Positions 12,899 through 25,879 are shown, numbered from the stretch's first letter. The stretch is 64,000 nt of DNA from Geosiphon pyriformis uo1 (GCA_016748015.1 JAAOMT010000239.1:406356-470355), one strand, 5' to 3'. The notes: generated by a model not told the origin, from the sequence alone. Numbers and translations: made by a program.

Positions 12899-15185
12899 AA
12901 AAACTCTTTGTCTCCTTAATTTTATGACCACGATTAGAACAAAGAGTAAAAAAGCTGCATCTGATATCTGTCCTGAGATATCTAATAAAATTTTAACCAA
13001 AGAAGCTCTCTCTGTTGTAGAAGCAACTAGGCAAAACGTTTTAGAAGCCTTCCTCTTATTCAGTAATCATAATAAGCTGCCTTTGGTAGTCACTGAAGCA
13101 ACTTTTTCATCTTTGGCTGGTTTCTCACCAGTTAAAGTCCCCTCAAAGAGACACACCTGGATTAGTCCCAGTGTTGCCTCCATCCCAACCAAGAGCCCAA
13201 AAGTTTTTAATAATAGACCAGTAAATAAGCTGGTCTTCTCCTCTATAGATTCAACATCTGGTGTTTCTAGTACCACCTTTTCAAAAAAAATGATCAAAAA
13301 GACCAGAAGTTCAGAAAAATGGAGGCAGTTGCTTGCCTTTGCTATTGTTACACCGAACTCCTTTGTGGTTCCCAATGAGATTTTAGATGAGATCTCTATA
13401 GTATCATCTGGCACATCATCTAAGATAGGCCAAGATCAACCACTGGCTGTGTTGCCAAATGTGATGTCTTCTGGTAGATCATTGCCAGTTTTAGAAGCAA
13501 AACAATCTCCTCCTGTTGAGTCACTTGTTCTTGGGAACTGGGCTAATCAAATGGAAACTGATTCATCTCCTTCTCTAGTTTCTGGTGCTATTTCTGGTGG
13601 TGCTTGGGAAACTATTACTAGTCATCAAAGGTTTGCTGGGTGGATGGTCTCCACTCTGGTGCTTGGTGTTACTTTTAAGATCAAATTGGCTTATGTTAAG
13701 ACTGTTTTTCAGTCTGTACATGGTTTTTTGGGTGCTAAATCTGTTTCAAAAGACAATATGAAGCTTTTCTGTGTAGAGTTTGCTTCTCAACAGTCTTTAG
13801 AAGCTGTGTTTCTGGTTGAGCTTACAAGCTCTGTTTATTTGACCACTCTCAAAATTGCCAAGTCTTTGGTGGTTTCTGAATCTGGTTCCTCTTCTGCTGC
13901 TGTTGTGCTACATGATGTACTTTTGGGTGTGTCTGCTGCTGATGTTAAGTTGGCTCTCAGTGTATTTGGTAGTGTTACTCGTGTTATATTAAAGTCTGCT
14001 GGCATTTGGCAGTATGTGGTGGTTTATTTTGAAAAGTTGAACTCTGCTGTGTCTGTTTTGAAGCATTGGTTAGTCTTAATAGACAAGAATAGTGTTAGAA
14101 TTCTCCCTTTGGTGAATCAAAATGAGACTATTTTGTCTTGTGATAAGTTTAAAGCCAAATTGGTCAACCTTTCCCCTGGCTGTACCACCTTTAAAATCAG
14201 TAATATGATTTCTCAGATTGGTGGTCAAACATGTTTCATCCCTCATTCTCCTGTTTCTGGTTGTTGTTCCCAGTTTGCTTTGATTACATTTGACTCTTAA
14301 GACGATTTGGATTCTGCTGTAGCCAAGACTGGTACTCTAAAAAAATGCCATATCTGGTGGGAAACTCCTGGCTGCTGGCACTGTTTTAGGTGTCAAGAAA
14401 TGGACTATCTGGCTGTAGATTGTAAGATTTTCCCACCTTTTATTCTCAAGGTTCCCAAGATTTTCAAGTCTCATTTTATGGGTGGTGTTTCTTATGTGAA
14501 AGCTTCTGTTTCCCTGGATTCTTCTGAGTTTTCTCTCTTGGTGGCTTTTACTTCTTTTTCTATGGTTGTTGATGATTCCTTAGTGTCTTTCCAGTTGGCT
14601 TCTTTGGAATCTGATTTGGTCAAGCTTTCTACTTTGGTTGAGTCTATTGTTAAACCAGTTGGTTCCTTGATCAAATTGTTTAAACAATTTATTAATGGGG
14701 ATTTGGTCTCAAACAGTAAACTTGGCCTTAAGGTCAATAAGATTATGGTACATATGAGTTCTTTTAATAAGATTGTTGGTAAATTGGAAAGAAAAGTGGT
14801 TTCTTTAAAAAAAGAATGTTGCATGGAGGATATTGATATGTTTGGTGATTCAGAGCATCCAGTTGGTTTGGATAATGAGGTGTTTTCTAACTTGTTATCC
14901 CTTTGGGAACATGAACTTATTGATGTTAAAGCTGATGCCTTAAAAACAGCTGAATGGCTAGTTGGATTGGTTCTTTGTAGTGCGACTCTGTTTTTGGTTA
15001 TTCAAAAGATGTCATCTTTGGGTAAGTTTTCTTCTGGTGCATCAACGTAGTATAGCCTGAACTGGCTCGAGTAGCTGGTTACATGTAGAAAACGCGTGAA
15101 CTACATCTAATTTAAGACCCTACGTAGTCATATTGCATTAGATAGTGGTTGGGCCTTGCTCGTTAAACTCTAATAAAAAAAAAAA
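12899..15185 (+). mobile_element. ORF1-only (non-autonomous) non-LTR retroelement with poly(A) tail and 14-bp TSD
   Basis: TATATAATTAATTT at 12885-12898 and 15186-15199 flanks the unit. Poly(A) at ~15172-15185. One reading frame. 5' end and 3' UTR are homologous to the LINE at 40540-47289. No endonuclease or RT. Confidence 0.85.
12924..15050 (+). pseudogene. LINE ORF1-like protein (RRM-like domains, decayed CCHC knuckle, coiled coil), one internal stop
   Basis: 709-codon frame interrupted only by TAA at 14298-14300. AVVLHDVLLGVSAADVKLALSVFGSV...GIWQYVVVYFE aligns with AVVLKEIPVGTSAEAVHAALSEFGTI...GLWQKAVVEFE of the LINE ORF1. Knuckle remnant CFRCQEMDYLAVDC. Confidence 0.8.
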
Positions 15186-15585
15186 TATATAATTAATTTC
15201 AACTTTTATTTTTACTAATTATGTAAATGGAAATTATAAACTGATTAGCTTTATCAATTAACAAAAAATTTCATCTTTAATGAAAACAATTTTAAGTAAA
15301 CCAGATTCATCTGGTCTTTATATGTAATTCAGATGACATTACATTATAGTTAAAAAAGATTTTGCCAAATTTTTTACCAGACTTACGATAGTCTTTAATT
15401 GAAAAATCTTAAAGACTCTAATGATTTCTAACATTTATTTTCGCTGAAGGGAGATGGGAAGCGAAAAAAATAAAACTGAATTACTAAGATTAAGCATGTA
15501 GCTGACTTTAAACGCTAATAAAAAACAATAAACTATATAAAACTCCTCTCCATAAATGTCTTTTGCACACTTCGCACCCACTCTT

Positions 15586-16623
15586 TTAGAATATCCCACT
15601 CCGATTTCGATCATTACTCAAAACTGAATCTTGAAAGATTCTTTCCTTATCGATGACATCTCGTCCAATATCCAGATGTAAATCAAAACTCTCAGTAGTC
15701 CCCCTTCGTAGCACAAAACTCAGTTTTGGTACCTGTTCCTTTAAATATTTTCCGATATTAACTCCAAACATTTCTAAGAAATTGTAGCCACTTCGTTCAA
15801 ACGGTCGCAAAACATTCACAATGCCGGCCGAATTTGGGGATACTTGAAAATTTTTCAAAGTGTAATCAGTGCCGGGAAACGTGATTACTATGCGAGTGAA
15901 CAAATGGGCCCGGGCCTCGAGTATGGCGTGTTTTAAGGCATCGATGAATTTATCGAGGGTGACCGATGTCGGATCTTTATTGATTTGAAAGTAGTCCAGC
16001 TCTTCAAGAAGTTCTTCGTAAGTTATGTGATGGGCGTTTGAAGAGCGTGAGGAGGTTGAGGTGGCTTCTTGCCAGGTGATTCTTCCTTTTCGATAGTATT
16101 CTAGAATGTATCGAAATGTGTGGCCGTCTCGGTCAAAAAAGTATTCATTGTTTTCTGATGGTTGAAGTAGAGACCTATTGGTGAAAAATTGAAAAAAGTT
16201 ATTGTTGAAGTTCGAAAAAATAATCTCTGGTAAAGAGGCATAATAAATCGATATATTAATTAAAAATTCACAAACTCAAGAATGTAGATTCCGTGCATAC
16301 CTATTTCGTTCTAGAAACATAGCACCTAGAAGAGTATCTGGGTGAGCAGTCAAGGTGGATTGATAGGTTTCATACTAGGAAAGCGAAATTTTCATCCATA
16401 AGTCGCTTTTCACATCAACATTCAAGCCTCACCATAACTCATCTCAATACTATGACAGGGATGTTACTTCAGAAGGTTATATTTCCGTCCTAACTTTAAG
16501 CACTAACTCCAATTCAATTCTAACCTTGATCCCACCAACGTTTAAAACAACTTTATCGTCCTTCGCAACTGTTTTCTGTTTTTTTTTTGGTGGTGCGTGA
16601 GGTAAAGTATGTCCGTTCGACAT
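15586..16623 (-). CDS. KCTD/potassium-channel tetramerisation (T1)-type BTB/POZ domain protein, 3 exons
   Basis: Spliced KVVLNVGGIK|YETYQSTLTAHPDTLLGAMF...|...NEYFFDRDGHTFRYILEYYRKG is the T1-BTB signature. ATG at 16621-16623, stop at 15586-15588. Confidence 0.9.
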
Positions 16624-17291
16624 TTTTTGCTCTCGAACGTGCTTTGGTTTTATACCGAAACGGATGCAACAAGATTCGGTTCGATGAATCTAGAACGTGG
16701 GATATTTATTGAACGTGTTTTGATTGGTTGGATTTTTCCAAGGGAGTTCAAAAATAGGGCTGATCATGATACAAAGTTATTGGCCATATCGAATATTATC
16801 TAAATATAGTTTGAAAAATCTGTAATCTTGTAGGATTTATTACGCGTTTTTCTTTCACGAAAGAAACCAGGATATTAAAATATCCTCCCAATCTTCGCCG
16901 CAAGAAGTTGATTTGATCACAAAAATCTCATAGCCTCATACTATGGCAGAAAGATTAAAAAAACATATCTTTGCCACCCAAATTCATAAAAACTCCTAGG
17001 GAGCTTTTGAATTTATACCCTAAAATTACCATAAAATAAACTGAGATGTACTAGTTTGTGGGTCTGAAAGTATTATTAGCTATATTATCATCTGAGAAGA
17101 AACTGAATGATTCAGTGCAGGTGTCAAATGCCTTTAAATATCATCCGCAAATATCAGGAGAGCGGGAAGGTAGGAACTCAATTCTTGCCGTGGAAGATTT
17201 CCAAGGTTATCCTTGCTGTTCTTATTCGCAACACCCCACCATAGCTTAGGAATATATAAGTATAAAGTCAAGAAGTGGAAACCAAGATATA

Positions 17292-19442
17292 CTATTTGCG
17301 ATTCTTCATGGACTCGAGAACTTTTGCCCGAAGTCTTTGCTCGAGTTGTTCTTGTTCAGATGTAGATTTCTGTTTACATCGAAAAAAGGTATTGTATTAT
17401 ATTGAAAAAAAAAAGAATTCCCCAATTGAGTTTTTAACTTATACAGCGTTGACCTATACTTTGGTGATTTCCTCAACCTCTTCATCATCTTCATCATCGT
17501 TCCATTTAGACTTGAATATAGGAGCATCAGGAACCTTTTTGCGGGGAGGGGATTCGCGAGGCGATGTTATTACCTCTGGGGAATCAATCATCATTCTTTT
17601 GTTTGATACATTCTGAATATCCCGTTGATTTCTTTCAGGAGATATTGGATTGGGAGATGTTGAGATATGCTTGGAAACATATTCGTTCTTGGATATACGT
17701 CTTCGATTATGATGCAAATCTTCACGATTCCGACTTCTGCTACGGCTCTTATGACGATGACGTTTTTCTTCATGTCTTCGTTGATCTTTACTACGGCTTC
17801 TGCTGCCATGTCTGTAACTTTTATTTCGTCGATGATCTCTGCTACGGTCAAGATTTCGCTCTCTACTGCGGCTTCTACGGAAAGAATGGCGCCTATGTCT
17901 GCCTTCTTCACTCTTACTTCGGGAACGACTTCTGCGAGAACCACGACGAAATCGGGTCTCTTCATCGCGACTCCTACTTCGGCGATGTGTTTTGTATTCT
18001 CTTTCCTGCAATAATAGACTTGGTAAGACAAATAATTGTTGAACTTCAATTTCAAGCAATCAATAAACTCCTGAATAGTTCAAAATTAAAATAAAATATC
18101 ATACTCTCCGTTCACGTTCCTCCTTACGCTCCCTGTCTCTAATATCTCGAAGTTTAGCTTTCTCTTCTTCTTCCTTATCCCTTTTCTTTCTAATTTCTGC
18201 CATTATACGTTCATCTTGTTCCTGGATAGATAAACACATGTCAATACTAAGAATTGATTCATTATTAAATACAATATATTATATTATCTAACCTTTTTTC
18301 TGCGAATTTCTTCCATTTTCTGTTCCAGGAATACTGTTGGAATACCTCCAACGCCATCCTGGGCAGATAGGAGCAATTTCCATAATTCTGTCACAAACGT
18401 CTGAGCATTCTTTTCCAAAAACCCGGTGAGATTGATTTGCATCATTCTGGGATCTGGATCCTATAAATGATTGATCATCTACTTAATATTATGATATTAT
18501 AAAGGTACTCTAAGGATATTATATCAAAATTTTGATGATCTACAAACCGGTTCTTCCAATAGTCCAAACACATAATTAATAACAACCTCGTCTTCGCCGC
18601 CTAATATATCCACCACTTTTTGTGCAATCCAAGGCTTGATAACAGTCATATTCACCTTTTTGAGATCAACCTGTAATTTGGAGGGAATCCAATGAAAATG
18701 AAGGTTGACAATATTTCAGCAAAGGAATGAATCGAAAATCACTTGCAATTTGCGGGCTGATCACCAACTCAGTAGTTTTTTCCAATTAAAGTATTTGTGC
18801 ATGAGAAAAGGGGAATCCAATTATAGATGAAACCGGATTTTCCATGAGTGTGCCTCCTGTAACAAAGCAGTTAAAAATATTCGACAACTGAGGAAAGCCA
18901 ATTGATTCTCAATGGCGATTATTTTTGTTGGAAAGAGGAGAAGAATTAAGGCAACAGAAGGATAACCACATTTGGCAACCGCTAAATCGGCCCTTCCCTC
19001 ATGCGAGACAGGTAAATATATAAAAAAAGCTGAAATTTATTTTCATATCGAATACGTTCATTAGCATTATGTAAAACTTTTTCCATGAAAGTTGGAAGGA
19101 AGTCTTATAAGCTAAACAGAGCTAAGGGGTGATTTTGTTCGAAGGAATGCTGAGAACTCTGTTGAGGGTAAAAACCTAAATTAAAATCTAACAAAGAGCT
19201 AATAAACTTTAGGACTCTCATTACCTTTTTATTATATTCGGGAGGAAAGTTCATGCTCTTGAGTAATTTCTTTTCTTTATCAGAAAACCGACTGTCTTGC
19301 TCCAGGCTAGTCCCCTAATTTAAAACTTAGATTATAAGTATTTTTAAAAATCAGAAATTATCGGACTGGGTTATAGACTTCAACTTTGGTTTTTATTGTC
19401 TACGCAGTCAAAACTTGCCTTGAAGAACCCGGCATCTCCCAT
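17292..19442 (-). CDS. SRRM1: PWI-domain, RS-rich splicing coactivator (SRRM1/SRm160-like), multi-exon
   Basis: MGDAGFFKGTSLEQDSRFSDKEKKLLKSMNFP, VDLKKVNMTVIKPWIAQKV, MQINLTGFL and LWKLLLSAQ (PWI domain), followed by RS/RH-rich repeats (17.7-18.0 kb). Stop at 17292-17294. Confidence 0.9.
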
Positions 19443-19912
19443 GTTAAAGAATTTTGTTCTTTGAAAAAGTACGAAATCAAAGAAAACAAAAAATCAACAA
19501 GGACAAAAAATTTGAATTTGTGGCCAACTAGAATTCCTCCCTATCTGGTTTTATCTGCTATCTGTTAGTGTATTACCTGTTATGGTCATAACCTTGATGA
19601 TCCAATTTTCGCATTGTAATTTGAAAGGGCGTCAAATCCAAACGGCCCATTTTTTATAATTTGATCTTTATTTCTGATCTTCTATTTTAAAAGGTTTTAA
19701 CTCTAGTCAGGATGAAATTTTACAGTGGTTAATAAAAGTCGGCAAATGATTTTTACAAGACCATTTGGTTTTGTTGAGCTAAAGCATCCTAACACCCTTT
19801 CAAAAAAATACAAGTTCCGATACTCTTAAGAATTTATCGAAATGTTATCATAACTTTAACACGGAATGGACGAGAAAATGATACTCAAACGTGAATGTTC
19901 AATTGTAAGTTG

Positions 19913-20629
19913 CTAATAATTATGAGATCCTCGATCATAATTTGCTCCCCCAGCCCGTCTCAGTTTTGTAAGTATTTCTGCTTCATTAAAATCAGATTTT
20001 TCGTGGGCTGTGATTTCAATAGCATAAGCCTTTGAATAATAGAGATGAAGATTTTAATTTATAGAATTATTTTTCAACGCGGAATTACAAGTAATTAAAA
20101 AAGTGCCTAATACCTGCAAAATTCTTTTTACATCACTCACATGAACAGAAAGTTTAGCCTTTCTCAAAATTTTCACCCCACTACCTATCCAAGTGATGAA
20201 AATAAATTTGGTTCGAACTGATAATTCATCATTTGAAACATTAACCCGACAATATCCAAAAGATGCTTCATCTTCGCTAAGATGTTCTACTAATTGTTCT
20301 AATCCCCCCGATCCTTTTGCAGCTATTTGGAGTTTATCAATTTGACCTTTTTCGTATTGAAGCAACAGCCTAAAAAATCAATACCAAAATTTTTAAATTA
20401 GAGCTTTCAATTAAGGAGCATTATCTCTTCTTTTCATTCTAAAATGCAAATCCCGACAAATTACAAACATTTACCAATTGATTTCACTTTTGTCGTCTCT
20501 TACTTCATGATAAGTGTCACCTTTTATTCAAAATAGAAATTGAAGTATGATGGAAGAAACATAAAGAAAGTAAGGTGATAATTATGAAAAAGCTTACGCA
20601 CGAATGATGGGATCCGAAACGTCTGCCAT
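19913..20629 (-). CDS. Coactosin-like ADF-H actin-binding protein, 4 exons
   Basis: MADVSDPIIRDTYHEVRDDKSEINWLLLQY...GSGGLEQL...FGYCRV...RTKFIFITWIGSGVKILRKAKLSVH...RRAGGANYD is the ADF-H/coactosin pattern. Confidence 0.88.
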
Positions 20630-20886
20630 TTTATGCTTTTAGACTACTTTCTCCGCTAATGAAAAAGAGCATGTATATTTAAATGTTCAAGAGAGTTATT
20701 ATTATTCTGACATTATATAGATTTCAAGGTTGTAAATTCTCGAAGGTTGAACATAAAAATGCTAATCCGTTCCCTTATTGGACTAAAATGTTCCGGAATT
20801 CTCCGATACATTAATTAATTTTTGAAGTGGATGATGCTTAGTATTGTTAAACTTTCTACGCATTCTTAAGTGGCTGTCTTGTTCGA

Positions 20887-23800
20887 ATGGCAACCAGTGA
20901 CGACGAATGGGTTTTTTCCTGCAAAACAAGCCCTTTAAAAAAAAAATTGTCTGTCAACGACCATGGGAGTGGTTATTCCTCAAATGAGTTTTTCACTTCA
21001 GAAGTTGCGAATAATGTCAATACTCCTCCAGAGCAAGAATTACCGATAATGAATTCGGCTCTTTTAGACGCTCTTCTTTCAGATTCAAACTCTGACTCGG
21101 GAAGTAGTCTTTCTGAGGATGATTTTTTCATTAACTTGGAATCACTACGTCGCACAAAGGAAAAGTTAGACGCTCTAAAACGAAATAAGCTAGAAAATAC
21201 CTCGGAAGAAATAGATAAAAAGATATCCAATACTAAGGAAGCAGAGTCATCGGTTAAACGTCGCGTCCGGTCTGATCCGAGGCCTTCCAATGAAAAGCTT
21301 CCAGAAACCCATCCCCCAGTGAAAAGAGTTGCTCGATTGCCTGCTCAGCTTGCTGTCAATGTTCTTAAACACAAAAAATTTGAACCACCAACCAAAATTT
21401 TTGCACCCCCAACATCTCAACTAGCTGATGGCTCAGCTTGGATACCAGAATCGAAAAAAACTCAACTTCCTATTGAATTGAGGAAAGATGATATAATTGA
21501 ACTAATACGAAATAATAGAGTTATTATAGTGAGTGGTAGTACTGGATGTGGGAAGGTAAAGCATTACAACCAATTTATATTCCAACGATTGACTTAATCT
21601 CTTACAATATGAGGAATATCAGTCAACCCAAGTCCCACAGTATATCTTAAATGATTGTCTGCAAAAAGGGGAGCCGGTTAATATCATCTGTACCCAACCG
21701 GTAAAAAGTTTAACTTTGAGTTGTCTCCATTCTACTTAAAAGACTAAATTTTTCCAAATTAAATTTCTTCCTAGAGACGAATTGCTGCAACATCTTTGGC
21801 ACATCGAGTTGCCTTTGAAAGGGAAACACAGTTACATGGACAAGTTGGATACCAAATTGGTGGCAAACTGGGTTATTCAACAATAACTAGATTAAGATAT
21901 GTTACTACAGGGATTTTATTAGAGATGCTGAAATCTGATAGATTTCTAAGCTCGTTCACCCATATCATCATGGATGAGGTACGCTTGATACTGCTTATAG
22001 ATAGAATTTGTATACTTTAATTGTATGGTAATTTTCGAGTTTATTTCAAATTCAACATTTTCGATTCTTAAAAAGCTTTCTCCTTTATAAAAGATACACG
22101 AACGAAATGTAGATGACGATTTAATGATGTCCCATCTATGCGCCATCATGATGGAGAATCCATTTTTAAAGTTAATTATTATGTCGGTGAGTAATAAATC
22201 GTGGAAATTTTAAAGCTCACAGTTGAATTTTAATATCATTATTCTAACCTTTAGGCTACGATGAATGTGGAAAAATTCACGAAATATTTTTATAAATTCC
22301 AAAAGCCATCTGACGATAGCATCTCAAAAATCCCATTGATCGATGTTCCCTCAAGAACTTTTCCGGTCGATGTTTTTTACTTAGAAGATGTGTGTGCTGG
22401 ATTGAACCTTGATGAATCACTCCAGAATCGCATACTTTATGAACCTCGAAGGCCAAATTTACCATTAGATCGTCGTGAAATTTTTGTCAATTGGATATTC
22501 GATTGTCATCAAAAATTTCCCCCAGAACAAGCTTTCTTAGTATTTCTACCGGGCATCGCGATAATTTCCGAAGTCGTGAGTTTAGTTTTTCATGAAATCA
22601 GCATTACCTTTCTTTGACCCTTTTTATGTCTCTAAAATTTTAAGCGCAGGAGGATCAGTTGCTTTCTATTAGTGAGCTTCCTAGGTAAATGACTGAGATT
22701 TGATTATTTTAATTTGAATGGAAATTTAATTCACAAAATATTATTTTGTAGCCAAGAGGAATTAAAATTAGCTTCTAAGCCTCCGCTAAGAATTGAAATC
22801 ATCAAGCTTCACTCCACTGTTTCTATTGACGAGCAATGCCTAGCAATGCGACGCCCTCCAAGTGGATATCGAAAAGTATACAATAGTATTTACTATTTCT
22901 TCCAATTTTACATTAAAGGTAAAAAGGTTAAGTAGACTGAATCAATGAATCTGTTTTTGATCTCTATCAATGTAGATTATCCTGGCGACTAATGTTGCGG
23001 AAAGTTCAATTACAGTTCCCGATGTGGGAATCATATTCGATTCTTGCTTACGTAAAGATGTGTTCTACGATAAAGCAAACCGATATTATAGTTTGAACGA
23101 ACAATGGATAAGCAAAGATTGCGCCGAACAGAGACGAGGTAGAACTGGCAGAGTTGCACCGGGAGTGGTAATATAGCCTTTCGAATTGCTAGAATTTATT
23201 TGAATCATTAATTATGGATTCCTTTGCGTAGATCTATCGATTTGTTACAAGAAGCTTTTATAGCCAGTTACCTGATGAAAGAACCCCAGAGATTCGAAGG
23301 ACACCTTTGAACTCGTTGTTACTTCGATGTATCTACGCTAATATAAGTGAACCTCGAGAAATATTGAAAAATTGTATCGACCCCCCTGATGATACCGCCG
23401 TTGATTTAGCATTAGATGACCTTGAAGCTATAGGTGCTATATCTAAATCAAATCCAATAATTCAAGAAACAGAGGATTGGGTGCAAGGAAGCGTCATATC
23501 ATATGAATACGACGTGACTCGCCTCGGTACAATCCTTGCCCAACTACCTCTTGATCTTCATTCTGGGCTTTTAGTTGTCTATGGTATCATATTTGGGGTA
23601 CTTGATTATGCTCTCATTATAGCAGGCAGGTTACGATATAACATGTCCTTTGGCAAATTCTTGGATTTTTTATTGAATACCATTTTTTATTTTAGCTATC
23701 ATCCAGAATCGAGGAGTGATCGTCCAACCTCAGAATCAAGAGATCGGTATCGCAGCCGCATTCAAGCGTTTCCATTTGGACTTACCCGAAGATCAACCTC

Positions 23801-25467
23801 TTCGGGGAGGATCGGATTTAATATCACATCTACGGGCATATTTGTATTGGGAAGAATCGGAATATCATAAATTGCACATAGAAGCCCAAAAGGAGATACA
23901 GTGGTGTCAACAGCAGTTCATCAGTTTATATTGGATACGCGAAATACAGGATTTGGTGATCACTGTTCGAGAATCATTGGCCTACCAAGGCATTTGTTCA
24001 GCACCCACAAAAGAAGAAAGGGATCCCATTCGCAGAAACTTCATTGGGCAAATTCCCATCTCCGATAACACTGAAGATTATGGTTCAGGGCTAGAATATA
24101 AAAGCATTGATGAAGATGAGAGAGATTATGAACTCAGTAATGCCATCAAAATTCTAGATACATCAACTTTAGAGGAGCTTGATGTTGCTAGTGGCCTATC
24201 AAAAAGAGAAAAATACATTAATGAGGAAGCATTTTTAATTAATGACCTTCGTCATAATCGTTCCTCATCAACGACTAATCGAATGAGTGTTCCTATACAT
24301 CAAATTTCATCCACTACACGATTTCTATTAAATCCATGGATGAATGCATTTGATCGAGCCTATGACATTACAGGGGATCCTGTTCAACTACGTTGTGAGC
24401 CTAATGTCTTACTATTAACGATCCTATTGTCTGCAGCCTTTCATCAGAATTTCCTTCGTATAGGCTCAGGCAGAGAGGCACGTGCCTGGATCCATTGTCC
24501 CGAAAACTTCAACCGTCAACATACAATCGAGTTTGTTGCTGAATTCCTTCCTAGTAAGGGAAAACTCATAGAATTCTTGGAGAAAGATATTGGATCATTA
24601 GTCAATATATATCATCCTGACGATTATCTCGATAAATCAGATAATATTGCTGATGATAATGTTCCTGAGTCGGAATTCTGCTATGTTGAATTTGTTAAAC
24701 CTGCCAAACCGATATGGACACATTCTCAAGATATAACTAAGGGCCTTTTGCCAGATGCCATTTTCCTAGCCCAAAAATTAAAAGCATTCAAGACAGGACA
24801 GGCCGATGTTTGTTCGAATTCATCTGAGCCGACAACATCGTACGTAGGTATAGCCGATGAAATGAAAAGATTCAAACTTATATGCGTATCTGGAAGTCCG
24901 GAAACTTCCACTGCTTTATCACCAATTCTTCGCTCGACATCTGGTAAGACATACTTATCAAAGAATTCCTTGTTCTTCCCATTAATTGTGGAACCAGGTC
25001 GCTACCTCAGCTACACCATAACTGCTTGTAAATTACTTGCTGTCGAATACGGAAAAGCTCATGTCGCTGATTTTATCACATGTCTAATTGGACCATCCTC
25101 TTCACAAAATAATGTTGGGGATGTCATTTTGGCCCTTTTTGGCAATCATGTTAAAGAAGATGACAACATGGGAGGCTGGCATTATTTACGCGAGAATGAA
25201 ACGCGTTATCCGTTGTTTTACAATAAACCATCTTCAGAAATGGTCTGTTTGATTAAAGGGTTTCGATATTTTTTGAGACAAGCTCTATTTGAACCGGCAT
25301 ATGAACTAAATGGGCAAATCAGTTCAGAATCAGCAAATGATCATTTATGGTTAACATTGCCTGATCCCTATTCTTTACAAGAGGTAGCAGATACATGGCG
25401 TGATTGTAAAATGACACCAGAAGAAGCTGGTGGGCTCTTAGTCCACTCAATATTAATGACAATTTAA
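20887..25467 (+). CDS. DExH-box RNA helicase, Spindle-E/TDRD9-like, multi-exon
   Basis: GSTGCGKSTQVPQYIL, CTQPRRIAA, VGYQIG, TTGILL, DEIHER, MSAT, FLPG, LHS, ATNVAESSITVPDV, QRRGRTGRV, HA2 region (LGTILAQLPLDL) and GGSDLISHLRAYLYW. The long last exon 23696-25467 has no recognisable Tudor domain. The helicase call is secure; the subfamily call is weaker. Confidence 0.85.
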
Positions 25468-25879
25468 AAATTCTGTATATATTCGCTGGAATTTAATTTA
25501 CTTATAGTATATACATCTTTATAATTTCAATAATACCTGATATTATACTTATTTCCATGCATTTGTACTTTTACTTGAACGCTTGACCAATAAGCATTTA
25601 ATGCGAGGAAATTTGGCCTCGAGAACATGTACTATTTTCATCTATTATGTAAATAAAATTACTAATAACAAATTTTAGTTAGCTATATCTAAAACACCAT
25701 TTAACCTCAATCTTATGGCTACATAATGGCAAGAGAATCCTAAAACTTATCCACTAATCAGATAGCCATTAACTTTTATCATCCCAACTCACCTTACAAT
25801 AAACAAGTAACTGGATTTAACATATCAATTATAGTACACTAGTTTTTAATAATATTTTTGATTCATCTGATCATCTATT

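Noticed and set aside
15051-15172. Hammerhead ribozyme or tRNA in the retroelement 3' UTR
   Set aside because: CUGA and GAAA words are present but the CUGANGA core and three-way junction are not; no cloverleaf could be built.
17564-18094. Several overlapping ORFs on both strands
   Set aside because: Shadow frames of the low-complexity RS-rich exon of the SRRM1-like gene.
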